Assembly (NCBI GenBank): GCA_022778545.1
Contig: JALFDW010000041.1
Span: 1,483-65,482, forward strand
Reading direction: 5' to 3'
DNA: 64,000 bases
Source: a bacterium
Lineage (GTDB): Bacteria; Bacillota; Clostridia; Christensenellales; CAG-138
The stretch's first letter is position 1; each line of letters opens with the position of its first letter. The notes below the pieces were generated by a model that saw nothing but the letters and a program-made list of their open reading frames with translations, had not been told where the DNA came from and searched no databases. A program made the position numbers and the translations under genes. Of this stretch, positions 32,752 to 42,138 are shown in pieces.

Positions 32752-33774
32752 ATGCTTGGCGGAAACGGACACATCAAGATCTTTGCGGGCAGCGCAAGCA
32801 AGCAGTTTGCGCAAAAAATGTGCGACTATCTCGGCAGCCCCATGGGAAAATGCACGACCATCCATTTTTCCGAGGGAAACACCTATGTGCGGTTTGACGA
32901 GTGCATTCGCGATATGGACGTGTACTTCGTGCAGACCATCGGTCTCAATGCGAACAACGAGTTCATGGAGCTCCTGTTCTTCATCGACGCCGCGAAGCGT
33001 GCAAGCGCAAACTCCATTTCCGTCATTATGCCGTATTTCAGCTATGCGAAGGGCGATAAGAAGGACGAGCCGCGCGTTTCCATCCGCGCCCGCGTCTGTG
33101 CCGACGCCATCGAGATGGCGGGTGCGGACCGCGTTGTGACGATGGATCTTCATGCCGCGCAGATCCAGGGCTTTTTCACGAAGCCGGTGGACCACCTTTA
33201 CGCCCGTTCCCTGCTCTGCGCCTATGCAAAGCACAGGGGCATTGTGGATGAAAACACCGTCGTCGTCTCGCCGGACGCGGGCAGCGCAAAGCGCGCGCGT
33301 TCCATGGCGGACGAGCTGGGCTGCGCCGTTGCCATCGGCGACAAGATGCGCGCCGGCCATGACGAAAACGCCAAGGTGCTTGAGATCATCGGAGACGTGA
33401 AGGGCAAGAACTGCATCATCGTGGATGACTTCACCATTTCCGGCGGCACGCTCGTGGATGTGGCGCACGGCCTGAAGGACAAGGGCGCGAAGAACATCTA
33501 CGCATTCCTTTCCCACGTGGTGATGAGCGAGAAGGCTGTGCAGCGCATCGAGGACAGCCCGATCGAGCTCCTCGTTTCCACCGACACCGTCTACTGTGAG
33601 CCTGCGCTCCATTCCGACAAGATCGAGATCATTTCTGCCGCGCCGATGTTTGCGGAGGCTGTGAAGCTGATCCATGACCGCGAGCCTGTGAGCAACATGT
33701 TCGGCCATGCGCCCAAGCGCATGTTGGAGATGAGCTTCTCCCGCCAGATGTCGCTGCGCGATCTGCAGAAATAA
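32752..33774 (+). CDS. prs: Ribose-phosphate pyrophosphokinase
   Basis: 340 aa. IKIFAGSASKQFAQKMCDYLG...the PRPP-binding loop IIVDDFTISGGT. Confidence 0.92.
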   Translation: MLGGNGHIKIFAGSASKQFAQKMCDYLGSPMGKCTTIHFSEGNTYVRFDECIRDMDVYFVQTIGLNANNEFMELLFFIDAAKRASANSISVIMPYFSYAKGDKKDEPRVSIRARVCADAIEMAGADRVVTMDLHAAQIQGFFTKPVDHLYARSLLCAYAKHRGIVDENTVVVSPDAGSAKRARSMADELGCAVAIGDKMRAGHDENAKVLEIIGDVKGKNCIIVDDFTISGGTLVDVAHGLKDKGAKNIYAFLSHVVMSEKAVQRIEDSPIELLVSTDTVYCEPALHSDKIEIISAAPMFAEAVKLIHDREPVSNMFGHAPKRMLEMSFSRQMSLRDLQK

Positions 33775-33794
33775 ACAGAATAAACCGGAATTTT

Positions 33795-33826
33795 AAAAGG
33801 CTGCCTCATAACGAAGGCAGCCTTTT
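33795..33826. terminator. Bidirectional terminator between prs and the convergent hydrolase gene
   Basis: AAAAGGCTGCCT pairs with AGGCAGCCTTTT, with A- and T-runs on either side. Confidence 0.75.
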
Positions 33827-33843
33827 GGCTGTTATAAATGGAG

Positions 33844-34983
33844 TTACTCCTTTTCTTTCCGCATATGCTCAAGCACCACGGGCAGGCTCTCCCGGGCGGA
33901 AGCGCTCAAAAGCTCCACAGCCTGCTGAAGGACGGCCTTTGTCGGCTCATCCAGCTTTTTCATTTCGCGCAGCACAGCCACTGCGGTTTTGGGCCGGTTG
34001 AGGTCCGCGACCGTCACCGCGCCGGAAGCGGAAAGTGCCGTGTAGATGCCATCCACAAGCCTGCCCCGTTCCTCCGGGCTGATCTGCGTGAGCCAGGCCT
34101 TGAGCGTGGAATCGATGAAGCGGCTGCTGCGTGTGCGCTCCGCGGCGGGTACAAGGCCGTTGCATGCTGTTTCCCAGGAATAAAGATCATGCTGCAGGAG
34201 CCATGTGTTCGTGCTGTGCACCACGGAGCAGCCTTCCTCATGCTGCAAAAGCATGCCGACCACGGAGGATTGGGGCACGAACGTGCGTACCCGGCCAAGC
34301 ACGCGCTGGAAGCCCTCCCGGCCGATCACTTCGGAAAGGAAGCCTGGGCCGTCATGGTTGTAAACGCTTTCGATGCGGGACTGGATCTCTTCCCCGCAGA
34401 AGGCCGAAGCGTACACGGCGAGGTTGCCGCCCTTGGAATGGCCGCCCACGCGCAGGCGGCCGGGGAGAGTGTCCGAAGCTGCGCAAAGGTATTGCACGGC
34501 GTCCCGCTGTGCGGGCACAACGGTACGGAAGCTCATGTTGAAATCTTCCTTCCAGCCCACGAGCGTACCGTCCGTGCCGCGGAAGGCCACATACGGAAGG
34601 TCATCCGCAAGGCAGATGGTAAGGGCGGAAAACTGCTTTTCTTCCGCCGGGTCAAACAGGTTCACATAGCCCGTGAGCCGCGCACCGCTGAAGCGGGGGC
34701 TGGCCGCAAGGGCGGCAAGCAGGCGTGCGTCATCCGCCAAACGGAAGTGCGGTGCGGCATCCGCTTCCGCGGGAAGACGGTCTTCACCCGCAAAAGGCGC
34801 GCCGTGCAGGCAGCGCGCCGCCGCATCGGCAAGGGAGATGGTTTCGTGGAAATCCGCAGGGGCGATCCCGTCAAAGGGGATATAGGAAAGGCGGCAGAGG
34901 ATCAGGCTGTCCGCTTCGTTAAAGGGCGATTGTGCGAATGAAAGGTCGCCGCGCCAGGCAATGTAATCGAACACGTTTGACAT
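33844..34983 (-). CDS. Alpha/beta hydrolase, DUF2974 (Mbeg1-like) family
   Basis: 379 aa. N-terminus MSNVFDYIAWRGDLSF...SLILCRLSYIPFDG, with a nucleophile-elbow-like GGHSKGGNLAVYA. Confidence 0.72.
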   Translation of the reverse strand: MSNVFDYIAWRGDLSFAQSPFNEADSLILCRLSYIPFDGIAPADFHETISLADAAARCLHGAPFAGEDRLPAEADAAPHFRLADDARLLAALAASPRFSGARLTGYVNLFDPAEEKQFSALTICLADDLPYVAFRGTDGTLVGWKEDFNMSFRTVVPAQRDAVQYLCAASDTLPGRLRVGGHSKGGNLAVYASAFCGEEIQSRIESVYNHDGPGFLSEVIGREGFQRVLGRVRTFVPQSSVVGMLLQHEEGCSVVHSTNTWLLQHDLYSWETACNGLVPAAERTRSSRFIDSTLKAWLTQISPEERGRLVDGIYTALSASGAVTVADLNRPKTAVAVLREMKKLDEPTKAVLQQAVELLSASARESLPVVLEHMRKEKE

Positions 34984-35065
34984 TTGCGCTCATCTCCGTT
35001 CTGGGCTTTGCCTTATTATACCATGTCCGGCGCAGAGGCGGGTGTTCGCTTTATCGCAGACGCGT

Positions 35066-36643
35066 TTATTTTCCGCTGGCGCCGTAGTTTGCAAGCACAC
35101 GGGCGGAAGGATCGTTGACGTTGCAGCCCTCCCAGGCTTTGTTCGGCATCCAGAAGTCCGTTACCATGTCCGCTTGGCCGGGATAGTATTTCTCAAACAG
35201 CTCGCGGTAAAGCAGGCTTTCCTTGGTGAAGGGTGCGGCAAATTCATATTGCCTGCGCTTTTCTTCAAACTCTGCGTCCGTATAGCGGCTTTCGGCGTAT
35301 TCCTTCAGGTCATCCACCATGGAATGACCCACCGCGTCGCTGAAGGCCGCTTTTTCCCGATAGAGGATGCTCTGCGGCAGCCAATCCCCTTCAAAGGCGT
35401 GGCGCAGGAGGTATTTGCCCTTGCCGTATACGTTCATCTTTTTTGCGGGGTCGATCGCCATCACATATTTCACAAAGGCAAGGTCGCCAAAGGGGACGCG
35501 CGCTTCCAGCGAGTTTACGGAAATGCAGCGGTCGGCGCGCAGCACGTCGTACATGTGGATTTCGCGGATGCGCTTTTCCGATTCTTTCTGGAATTCCTCC
35601 GGCGAAGGGGCAAAATCCGTGTACTTGTAGCCGAACAGCTCGTCAGAAATCTCGCCGGTCAGGAGCACGCGCACATCGGTACGCTCATGGATCGCCTTGC
35701 AGCAGAGGTACATGCCCATGCTGGCACGGATGGTGGTAATGTCATACGTCCCAAGGTAGCTGATGAGCGTCTCAAGTGTTGCAAGCACCTCTTCGCGCGT
35801 CATGATGACCTCTGTGTGGTCGGTGTGCAGATACTCCGCGACTTCCCGCGCATATTTGAGGTCGATCGCGTCCGTGTCCATGCCGATGGCAAAGGTGCGG
35901 ATGGGCTTTTTGAGCAGGCGTGCGGAGATGGCGCAGACGAGGCTGCTGTCCAGCCCGCCGCTCAGGAGGAAGCCGAGCGGGGCGTCCGCGTCGAGCCGCT
36001 TTTCCACGCCCGCGATGAGTCGTTCGCGGATGCCGGCGCAGATGGTCTCCACATCGTCCTCACAATAGCGGGAAACGGCGGCGATGTCGCAATAACGCAC
36101 GAATTTGCCCTCCGCGTAGTAATGCCCCGGCGGGAAGGGGAACACATGCTCCGTGAGGCCGACGAGGTTTTTCGCCTCGCTCGCAAAGGCGATGCCGCCA
36201 TCCGGCAGGTAGCCGTAAAACAGCGGGCGGATGCCGATGGGATCGCGCGCGGCGATGAGGTGCCCGGACTTCCCGTCATAGATCACAAGCGCAAATTCCG
36301 CATCCAGCTTTTCGAACATGGAAAGGCCGTATTCCCGGTACAGCGGCAGCAGGATCTCGCAGTCGGATTCGCTTTGGAACGTGTATTTCTCCTTCAGCTT
36401 TTCGCGCACCGGGCGGAAGCCGTATAGCTCGCCGTTGCAGGCCACCCCATCCTCCCCGAGGAAGAAGGGCTGCATGCCCTCCGGCGAAAGGCCCATGATG
36501 GCGAGGCGGTGGAAGCAGAGGAAGCCGGTTTTCGTCTCAACGATGCGGGACATGTCCGGCCCGCGGGAAACGGTCTTTTCAAAACCTGCGGCAAGCAGAG
36601 CGGGGGAAATGGTCTTGCTTTCGACACCCATGATGGAACACAT
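35066..36643 (-). CDS. asnB: Asparagine synthase (glutamine-hydrolysing)
   Basis: I set the start at the Met-Cys pair (MCSIMGV...), which sits 9 nt after GGAGG. This gives the N-terminal nucleophile Cys2 of a class-II amidotransferase. The PP-loop is SGGLDSS. The longer ORF would start inside the leader terminator. Confidence 0.92.
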   Translation of the reverse strand: MCSIMGVESKTISPALLAAGFEKTVSRGPDMSRIVETKTGFLCFHRLAIMGLSPEGMQPFFLGEDGVACNGELYGFRPVREKLKEKYTFQSESDCEILLPLYREYGLSMFEKLDAEFALVIYDGKSGHLIAARDPIGIRPLFYGYLPDGGIAFASEAKNLVGLTEHVFPFPPGHYYAEGKFVRYCDIAAVSRYCEDDVETICAGIRERLIAGVEKRLDADAPLGFLLSGGLDSSLVCAISARLLKKPIRTFAIGMDTDAIDLKYAREVAEYLHTDHTEVIMTREEVLATLETLISYLGTYDITTIRASMGMYLCCKAIHERTDVRVLLTGEISDELFGYKYTDFAPSPEEFQKESEKRIREIHMYDVLRADRCISVNSLEARVPFGDLAFVKYVMAIDPAKKMNVYGKGKYLLRHAFEGDWLPQSILYREKAAFSDAVGHSMVDDLKEYAESRYTDAEFEEKRRQYEFAAPFTKESLLYRELFEKYYPGQADMVTDFWMPNKAWEGCNVNDPSARVLANYGASGK

Positions 36644-36660
36644 AAAAAAACACCTCCGGA

Positions 36661-36952
36661 TAAAAATACGCAGCCGATTCATCCTTTTATTTTAGGACGA
36701 ATGCTGCGAAATCCGCGGTGCCACCTAATTTACTGCAAAATGACAGTCTCTTTTTCAGGCTCCAACAAGCCCGTTCGGCGTAACGTGCCGCCACCCCGTC
36801 TCCCCTACTTGCCCGGAAAGGCTTTGGGTTTGATGCTCCCGAGTGTTCTTCGCGCAATGCCCTGTGCGGGATTTCCACCATCGCCCGCTCTCTGCGACCG
36901 GCCTTCTGCGGTACTTTTCTCGATCGACGCATGTTGCTTTTCAATTTTAATG
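36661..36952 (-). promoter_or_regulatory. T-box riboswitch leader of asnB (specifier AAC, Asn)
   Basis: All reads are on the minus strand. GATCGAG..AAAAGTA forms the K-turn/S-turn. The AG bulge is CAGAGAG and the distal loop is GGTGGAA. The specifier context is GCGCGAAG-AAC-A-CTC, with AAC at 36847-36845. The T-box motif is AAATTAGGTGGCACCGCG (36731-36714). The terminator CGCAGCATTCGTCC/GGATGAATCGGCTGCG is followed by TATTTTTA. Confidence 0.88.
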
Positions 36953-36958
36953 GTGCAT

Positions 36959-36987
36959 ATCATAGCACGTTTGAATATTCCTGTCAA
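36959..36987 (-). promoter_or_regulatory. Promoter of the asnB T-box leader
   Basis: The minus strand reads consensus TTGACA-N17-TATGAT. Confidence 0.65.
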
Positions 36988-37030
36988 CAGAAATATTATG
37001 CATGATTGTTATGGAAAGAGTGCCATGCCT

Positions 37031-37939
37031 TCAGGGCGCGTTATGGGAAAGCAGCGCCATCATGTCCTCCGGCAATGGGGCGGTGAGGTGCAGCGCCTCC
37101 CCTGTGAGCGGGTGCGTGAGCCAGAGCGCGTAGGAGTGCAGCGCGGGGCGGGCGATGCGCGCATCCCGCGTGCCGTAAAGCCAATCCCCGGCGAGCGGAA
37201 AGCCGAGCGCCGCCATGTGGACCCGGAGCTGGTGCGTGCGCCCCGTGTGCGGCACAAGGCGCAGCAGCGTAAAATTGCCTGCCCGGGCGAGCGTTTCATA
37301 TTCTGTGCAGGAAGGCGCGCCGTCCTGCCGGACGGCGCGCTGATAGGTTGAACCTTCTGCAAGGCCGATAGGAAGTGTGACCGTGCCCTGAGGCGGAATA
37401 ACGGCGCCTGCGGCTATGCCGCGGTATTCCCGGCGGAAGCCCGGCGTGTGCAGCATGCGGCGCAAAAGCTCATGCATGTAGCCGTTTTTTGCGAAGGTGA
37501 TGATCCCCGTCGTGCCCCGGTCCAGCCGGCTGACGGGGTGAGGGATGCAATCGGGCGGCAGGCAGGAAGCAAGCGCGTTTTCAAGCGTGAGCTCCTCCGG
37601 GTCGCGGGTGGACTGGTGCACGGCGATCCCGGCCGGCTTGTTCAGGATCAGGATGTCCTCATCCTCAAAAAGCACATCAAGCGGCGCAGGCATGGGGCGC
37701 GGCCGCGGCGCGTCCGGTGCGTCGCCCACCTCAGCCGTGAGCACATCGCCCGCTTCCACGCGCGCGGTGGTGAAGGCGCGTATCCCGTTGAGGAGGATGC
37801 CCGTTTCGCGCAGCTTCACGCGGCGGATGAGCGATTCGGACATCCGCAGCTCCTGCGCAAGCAGGCTTTTCACCTCGCGCCCGGCAAGGCGTTCATCGAT
37901 CGTGAGCGTAAGCGTGCGCATGCGCTGCGCCTCCTTCAT
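37031..37939 (-). CDS. RluA-family 23S rRNA pseudouridine synthase (RluD-like, with S4 domain)
   Basis: An S4-like N-terminus is followed by LNKPAGIAVH and the catalytic HRLDRGTTGII. The start could instead be the second Met (MRTLTL...) at 37921. Confidence 0.88.
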   Translation of the reverse strand: MKEAQRMRTLTLTIDERLAGREVKSLLAQELRMSESLIRRVKLRETGILLNGIRAFTTARVEAGDVLTAEVGDAPDAPRPRPMPAPLDVLFEDEDILILNKPAGIAVHQSTRDPEELTLENALASCLPPDCIPHPVSRLDRGTTGIITFAKNGYMHELLRRMLHTPGFRREYRGIAAGAVIPPQGTVTLPIGLAEGSTYQRAVRQDGAPSCTEYETLARAGNFTLLRLVPHTGRTHQLRVHMAALGFPLAGDWLYGTRDARIARPALHSYALWLTHPLTGEALHLTAPLPEDMMALLSHNAP

Positions 37940-37976
37940 TTGCGTGAACTCTCCGCGTTTCCGGCAGCCCCTCCTG

Positions 37977-40070
37977 TCAGATGATGCCGAAGAGCAAGTC
38001 GCCGTAGGTCGGGAACGGCCAATGGTCCGCGGCGGTAATGCCTTCGAGCGCGTCCGCGGTTTTGCGCAGGGCAGCCATCGCGCCGATCACGTCGCACTTG
38101 TAGCAATCTGCGGCGGCTTCGGGGCTGCCTGCCTTTGCAGCCTTGGCAAGCGCGTCCGAAAGGGCGAGCGTTTCCTTATAGAGCTTTGCGGAAAGCTCGG
38201 AAAGGGCGGAGACAGCCTGTTCTTCATAGGTGCAGTCCACATTGGCAAGCACGCTGCGCTTTGCTGCCGCGGCGGAGGAAAGCTCGCCTGCGTAGGCGGT
38301 CACGGCGGGCAGGATCTCCTTCTTTGCCATGTCGAGCATCGTCAGCGCTTCGATGTTGACGATCTTGCAATAGCTTTCGAGCATGATCTCGTGCCGCGCC
38401 TTCATCTCCGCTTCCGTAAATACCCGGTGGGAGGTGAAGAGCGCAACGTTCTTTTCGTCGAGGAAATGCCGGAGCGCATCCGGCGTGGTGCGCAGGTTGG
38501 AAAGGCCGCGCCGTTCCGCTTCGGCGATCCAGGCGTCGTCATAGCCGTTGCCGTTGAAGATGATCCGCTTATGCGCCTTGATGGTATCGCGGATGAGATC
38601 GTGGAGCGCGGTCTGGAAATCCGGGGCAGATTCCAACACATCCGCATACTGGCGAAGCGCTTCGGCCACGGCGGTGTTGGTGACCACGTTCGCATCGGAA
38701 ATGGAGGCGGAGGAACCGAGCATGCGGAATTCAAACTTGTTGCCTGTGAAGGCGAACGGGGAGGTGCGGTTGCGGTCCGTCGTGTCCTTGGGGAAGCGCG
38801 GCAGCACATGCACACCGATCTTCATCTGCACCTGCTCCTTCGCATCGTAGGCGGCGTCAGTTTCAATCGCATCCAGCACGCCCTCAAGCTCTTCGCCAAG
38901 GAACATGGAAACGATCGCGGGCGGTGCTTCGTTCGCGCCGAGGCGATGGTCGTTTCCGGCCGTCGCCACGGAGATGCGCAGAAGATCCTGATATTCATCC
39001 ACCGCTTTGATGACCGCGCAGAGGAACAGCAGGAACTGTGCGTTCTCATAGGGGGTGTCGCCGGGCTCAAGCAGGTTCACGCCCGTGTTGGTGCAGAGGG
39101 ACCAGTTGTTGTGTTTGCCGCTGCCGTTCACGCCGTCAAAGGGCTTTTCATGCAGCAGGCATACGAGGCCATGCTTCTTCGCGAGCTTCTGCATGACTTC
39201 CATTGTGAGCTGGTTGTGATCCGCGGCGATGTTTGCCGTAGTGAAGATGGGCGCAAGCTCGTGCTGCGCGGGCGCGACCTCGTTGTGCTCGGTTTTTGCG
39301 AGCACGCCGAGCTTCCAAAGCTCCGTGTTCAGCTCCTGCATGAACGCCGAAATGCGCGGCTTGATCGTGCCAAAGTAGTGGTCGTCCAACTCCTGTCCTT
39401 TGGGCGGCATTGCGCCAAAGAGCGTGCGGCCGGTATAGAGCAGATCCTTGCGCTTTGCAAAAAGCTCCTTGTCCACGAGGAAATATTCCTGCTCCGGGCC
39501 GACGGTCACGTTCACGGAGGTGACGTCCGTGTTGCCGAAGAGCTTCAGCACGCGCATGGCCTGCCGGTTGAGGGCCTGCATGGAACGGAGAAGCGGTGTT
39601 TTTTTGTCGAGCGCCTCGCCGCCGTAGGAACAGAAGGCGGTGGGGATGCAGAGGGTATTGTCCTTGATGAAGGCATAGGAGGTCGGGTCCCATGCGGTGT
39701 AGCCGCGCGCTTCAAAGGTGGCGCGCAGGCCGCCGGAGGGGAAGCTGGAGGCGTCCGGTTCGCCGCGCACAAGTTCCTTGCCGGAGAATTCCATGATGAC
39801 GTGGCCGCCCTTGATGGGGGAAATGAAACTGTCGTGCTTTTCGGCGGTGATGCCGGTCATGGGCTGGAACCAGTGGGTGAAATGCGTTGCGCCCTTTTCG
39901 ATGGCCCAATCCTTCATGGCGTTTGCGACCACGTTCGCTACGGAAGCGTCCAGCCGTCTGCCGTCCCGGATGGCGTTCTGCATTGCGCGGTAGGTCTCCT
40001 TCGGGAGCCTTTCCTTCATGACCGTGTCGTTGAATACCAGGGTTCCAAAGAGTTCTGATACGGTGCTCAT
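37977..40070 (-). CDS. Glutamine synthetase, type III
   Basis: Start at MSTVSELFG..., 10 nt after GGAGG. At 697 aa the length is typical of GSIII. N-terminus is ...[23 protein letters not shown], and the catalytic region is ...[16 protein letters not shown]. Confidence 0.9.
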   Translation of the reverse strand: MSTVSELFGTLVFNDTVMKERLPKETYRAMQNAIRDGRRLDASVANVVANAMKDWAIEKGATHFTHWFQPMTGITAEKHDSFISPIKGGHVIMEFSGKELVRGEPDASSFPSGGLRATFEARGYTAWDPTSYAFIKDNTLCIPTAFCSYGGEALDKKTPLLRSMQALNRQAMRVLKLFGNTDVTSVNVTVGPEQEYFLVDKELFAKRKDLLYTGRTLFGAMPPKGQELDDHYFGTIKPRISAFMQELNTELWKLGVLAKTEHNEVAPAQHELAPIFTTANIAADHNQLTMEVMQKLAKKHGLVCLLHEKPFDGVNGSGKHNNWSLCTNTGVNLLEPGDTPYENAQFLLFLCAVIKAVDEYQDLLRISVATAGNDHRLGANEAPPAIVSMFLGEELEGVLDAIETDAAYDAKEQVQMKIGVHVLPRFPKDTTDRNRTSPFAFTGNKFEFRMLGSSASISDANVVTNTAVAEALRQYADVLESAPDFQTALHDLIRDTIKAHKRIIFNGNGYDDAWIAEAERRGLSNLRTTPDALRHFLDEKNVALFTSHRVFTEAEMKARHEIMLESYCKIVNIEALTMLDMAKKEILPAVTAYAGELSSAAAAKRSVLANVDCTYEEQAVSALSELSAKLYKETLALSDALAKAAKAGSPEAAADCYKCDVIGAMAALRKTADALEGITAADHWPFPTYGDLLFGII

Positions 40071-40148
40071 CCCAAATATGCCTCCTGAAAATATATTAAC
40101 TGCGCCTAAGAATAAAGGACAGCCATTATACAAAATATCAATGGCGGA

Positions 40149-40178
40149 ATTATACACCCCATATCCTGTCAGTGTCAA
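40149..40178 (-). promoter_or_regulatory. Candidate promoter of the glutamine synthetase gene
   Basis: The minus strand reads TTGACA-N18-TATAAT. A second TGTATAAT (extended -10-like) lies about 25 nt downstream. Confidence 0.5.
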
Positions 40179-40208
40179 TAAAAAACGCGGAGGGAAGGTC
40201 CGCTCCGC
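40179..40208 (-). terminator. Terminator of the CarD-family gene
   Basis: Minus strand: GCGGAG pairs with CTCCGC, followed by GTTTTTTATT. Confidence 0.5.
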
Positions 40209-40275
40209 TTGCAGAAAAAATGAAAAAAGTTGCAGTAAAAAGCAAGAAGAATAAAACACAAAACACGAAATTAAA

Positions 40276-40806
40276 TCACACGGGAGGGCATACTTCGTTT
40301 CGTTCCGCTCCGGCATGTTCCCGGATGAGGGATTCCACCTCGCCCGGCGCAACGCCGAGCGCCACGGCAAGCTCGCCGTGCAGCAGCTCGCGGGCGCGCT
40401 TGAGGAAGCGTTCCTCCACATGGCTGTAAGCCTTCCCCTGGGTGATCGCCTGTTCATTTTTTGCGTAAATCATGCGGATGAGCCGCAGCAGGTTCGCGTA
40501 GTCATAGGTTTGCAGCAGGGCTTTGTACTGCTGCGCCGCCTGCTTTGCATCCGAAAACTCTGCTGGGTCAGACGCCATGGTGGGGATGGAGCGGATGAGA
40601 GCATGCGCTTCCTCCCGGCTGAGTATGGGGCGCATGGGTACGGCAATGTCCGTCGGCGCATAGATCACGCCCTGGCGGTAAAGCGGCGTGAGCGTATAAT
40701 AAAGCCGCTCCGAATCGACTGCCGCAATGGGCGCAGGGCCGATTGCCGTGACGCGGCACACACCCTCCCCGCCATAGATGATAAGGTCGCCCGGCTGATA
40801 CATCAT
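40276..40806 (-). CDS. CarD/CdnL-family transcriptional regulator
   Basis: [23 protein letters not shown] is a typical CarD_CdnL_TRCF N-terminal domain. The start is 7 nt after AGGAGG. Confidence 0.85.
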   Translation of the reverse strand: MMYQPGDLIIYGGEGVCRVTAIGPAPIAAVDSERLYYTLTPLYRQGVIYAPTDIAVPMRPILSREEAHALIRSIPTMASDPAEFSDAKQAAQQYKALLQTYDYANLLRLIRMIYAKNEQAITQGKAYSHVEERFLKRARELLHGELAVALGVAPGEVESLIREHAGAERNEVCPPV

Positions 40807-40941
40807 GAACTTTCCTCCTGAAAGAAAGACGCGTGGCTCCGGCAACTGGACTTACGTTCTGCCGGAACCACACGCTGCATTTTATTTTACCATAACCGGA
40901 GCGGCGCATGTAAGCGGAAATTTCCGCCGCACGCGGGAAAC

Positions 40942-42138
40942 TCAGGAGACGATCTTGAACCCTGCATCCGTGAGCGCGCGCTTGATCTCATCGATCTGCG
41001 CAAAGTCGCGCGTTTCCATGGAGAGCTTCAGGAAGCAGCTCGAGATGGCCATGTTCGGGTCGGAATGCTCATGGCTTACGCGCACCACGTTTGCACCGCA
41101 CTTCGCGATGATCTCGCTTACGCCCACGAGCTGGCCGGGCTTGTCCTCAAGCGCGATCTGCAGGTTGCTGTTGCGCCCGCTTGTGATAAGGCCGCGCGTG
41201 ATGACGCGGGAGAGGATGTTCACGTCGATGTTGCCGCCGGAGACGATGCAGACCGTCTTTTTCCCGGCGATGGGGAGCTTTCCGAACATCGCGGCTGCAA
41301 CGGAGACTGCGCCCGCTCCTTCCGCGATGAGCTTCTGCTTCTCGATCATTGCGAGGATGGCCGCGGCGATCTCATCCTCCGAAACCGTCACGATATCGTC
41401 CACATATTCCTGCGTGAGCGCGAAGGTGTTGTCCCCCGGGTGCTTCACGGCAATGCCGTCCGCAAACGTGGCGACGCTCCCGAGCGTCACGGGGCTGCCG
41501 CCCCGCCGGCTTTCGTACATGCTGGGGGCGTTTGCCGCCTGCACGCCGTAGATCTTGATATTCGGGCTCAGGTGCTTCATGGCGTATGCCACGCCGGAGA
41601 TCAGCCCGCCGCCGCCGATGGGCACGATGACGGCCTCCGCGTCACGCATCTGCTCGAGGATCTCAAGGCCGATGGTGCCTTGCCCTGCGATCACTTCATC
41701 GTCGTCGAACGGGTGGATGAAGGTCGCGCCCGTTTCCTTCTGGCAACGCACGGCGGCTTCATAAGCGTCGTCGTATGCGCCGTTAACGAGGCAGACCTCA
41801 GCGCCGAGGCGCTTTGTGGCTTCCACCTTGCTGATGGGCGCGCTGTCCGGCATGAACACGACGCTTTTTGCGCCCTGCCGCGTGGCGGCAAGCGCAACGC
41901 CCTGCGCATGGTTGCCCGCACTGCAGGCGATGATGCCGGCGCGCTTCTGTTCATCGGTCAGCTGGCTGATTTTGTAATAGGCGCCGCGCAGCTTGAAACT
42001 GCCGGTGACCTGCAGGTTTTCGGTTTTCAAATAAAGCTCCGCATCCGGGCAGAGATTCGGCGCATGGATGAGGTCCGTCCTGCGGGCGACCTCCTTGAGC
42101 ACGAACGCGGCATGGTATATTTTGTCAAGTGTCAGCAT
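40942..42138 (-). CDS. ilvA: Threonine ammonia-lyase (threonine dehydratase) with a C-terminal ACT-like domain
   Basis: Start at MLTLDKIYHAAFVLKEV.... PLP lysine context TGSFKLRGAYYK. 399 aa. The start overlaps the end of the upstream ATPase gene by 14 nt. Confidence 0.9.
   Translation of the reverse strand: MLTLDKIYHAAFVLKEVARRTDLIHAPNLCPDAELYLKTENLQVTGSFKLRGAYYKISQLTDEQKRAGIIACSAGNHAQGVALAATRQGAKSVVFMPDSAPISKVEATKRLGAEVCLVNGAYDDAYEAAVRCQKETGATFIHPFDDDEVIAGQGTIGLEILEQMRDAEAVIVPIGGGGLISGVAYAMKHLSPNIKIYGVQAANAPSMYESRRGGSPVTLGSVATFADGIAVKHPGDNTFALTQEYVDDIVTVSEDEIAAAILAMIEKQKLIAEGAGAVSVAAAMFGKLPIAGKKTVCIVSGGNIDVNILSRVITRGLITSGRNSNLQIALEDKPGQLVGVSEIIAKCGANVVRVSHEHSDPNMAISSCFLKLSMETRDFAQIDEIKRALTDAGFKIVS

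Noticed and set aside
36509-37351. 280-aa plus-strand ORF spanning the asnB leader region and the 3' part of the pseudouridine synthase gene.
   Set aside because: It covers the Asn T-box leader and promoter (a structured RNA on the other strand) and then runs antisense to the RluA-family gene. It has no RBS or domain signal.
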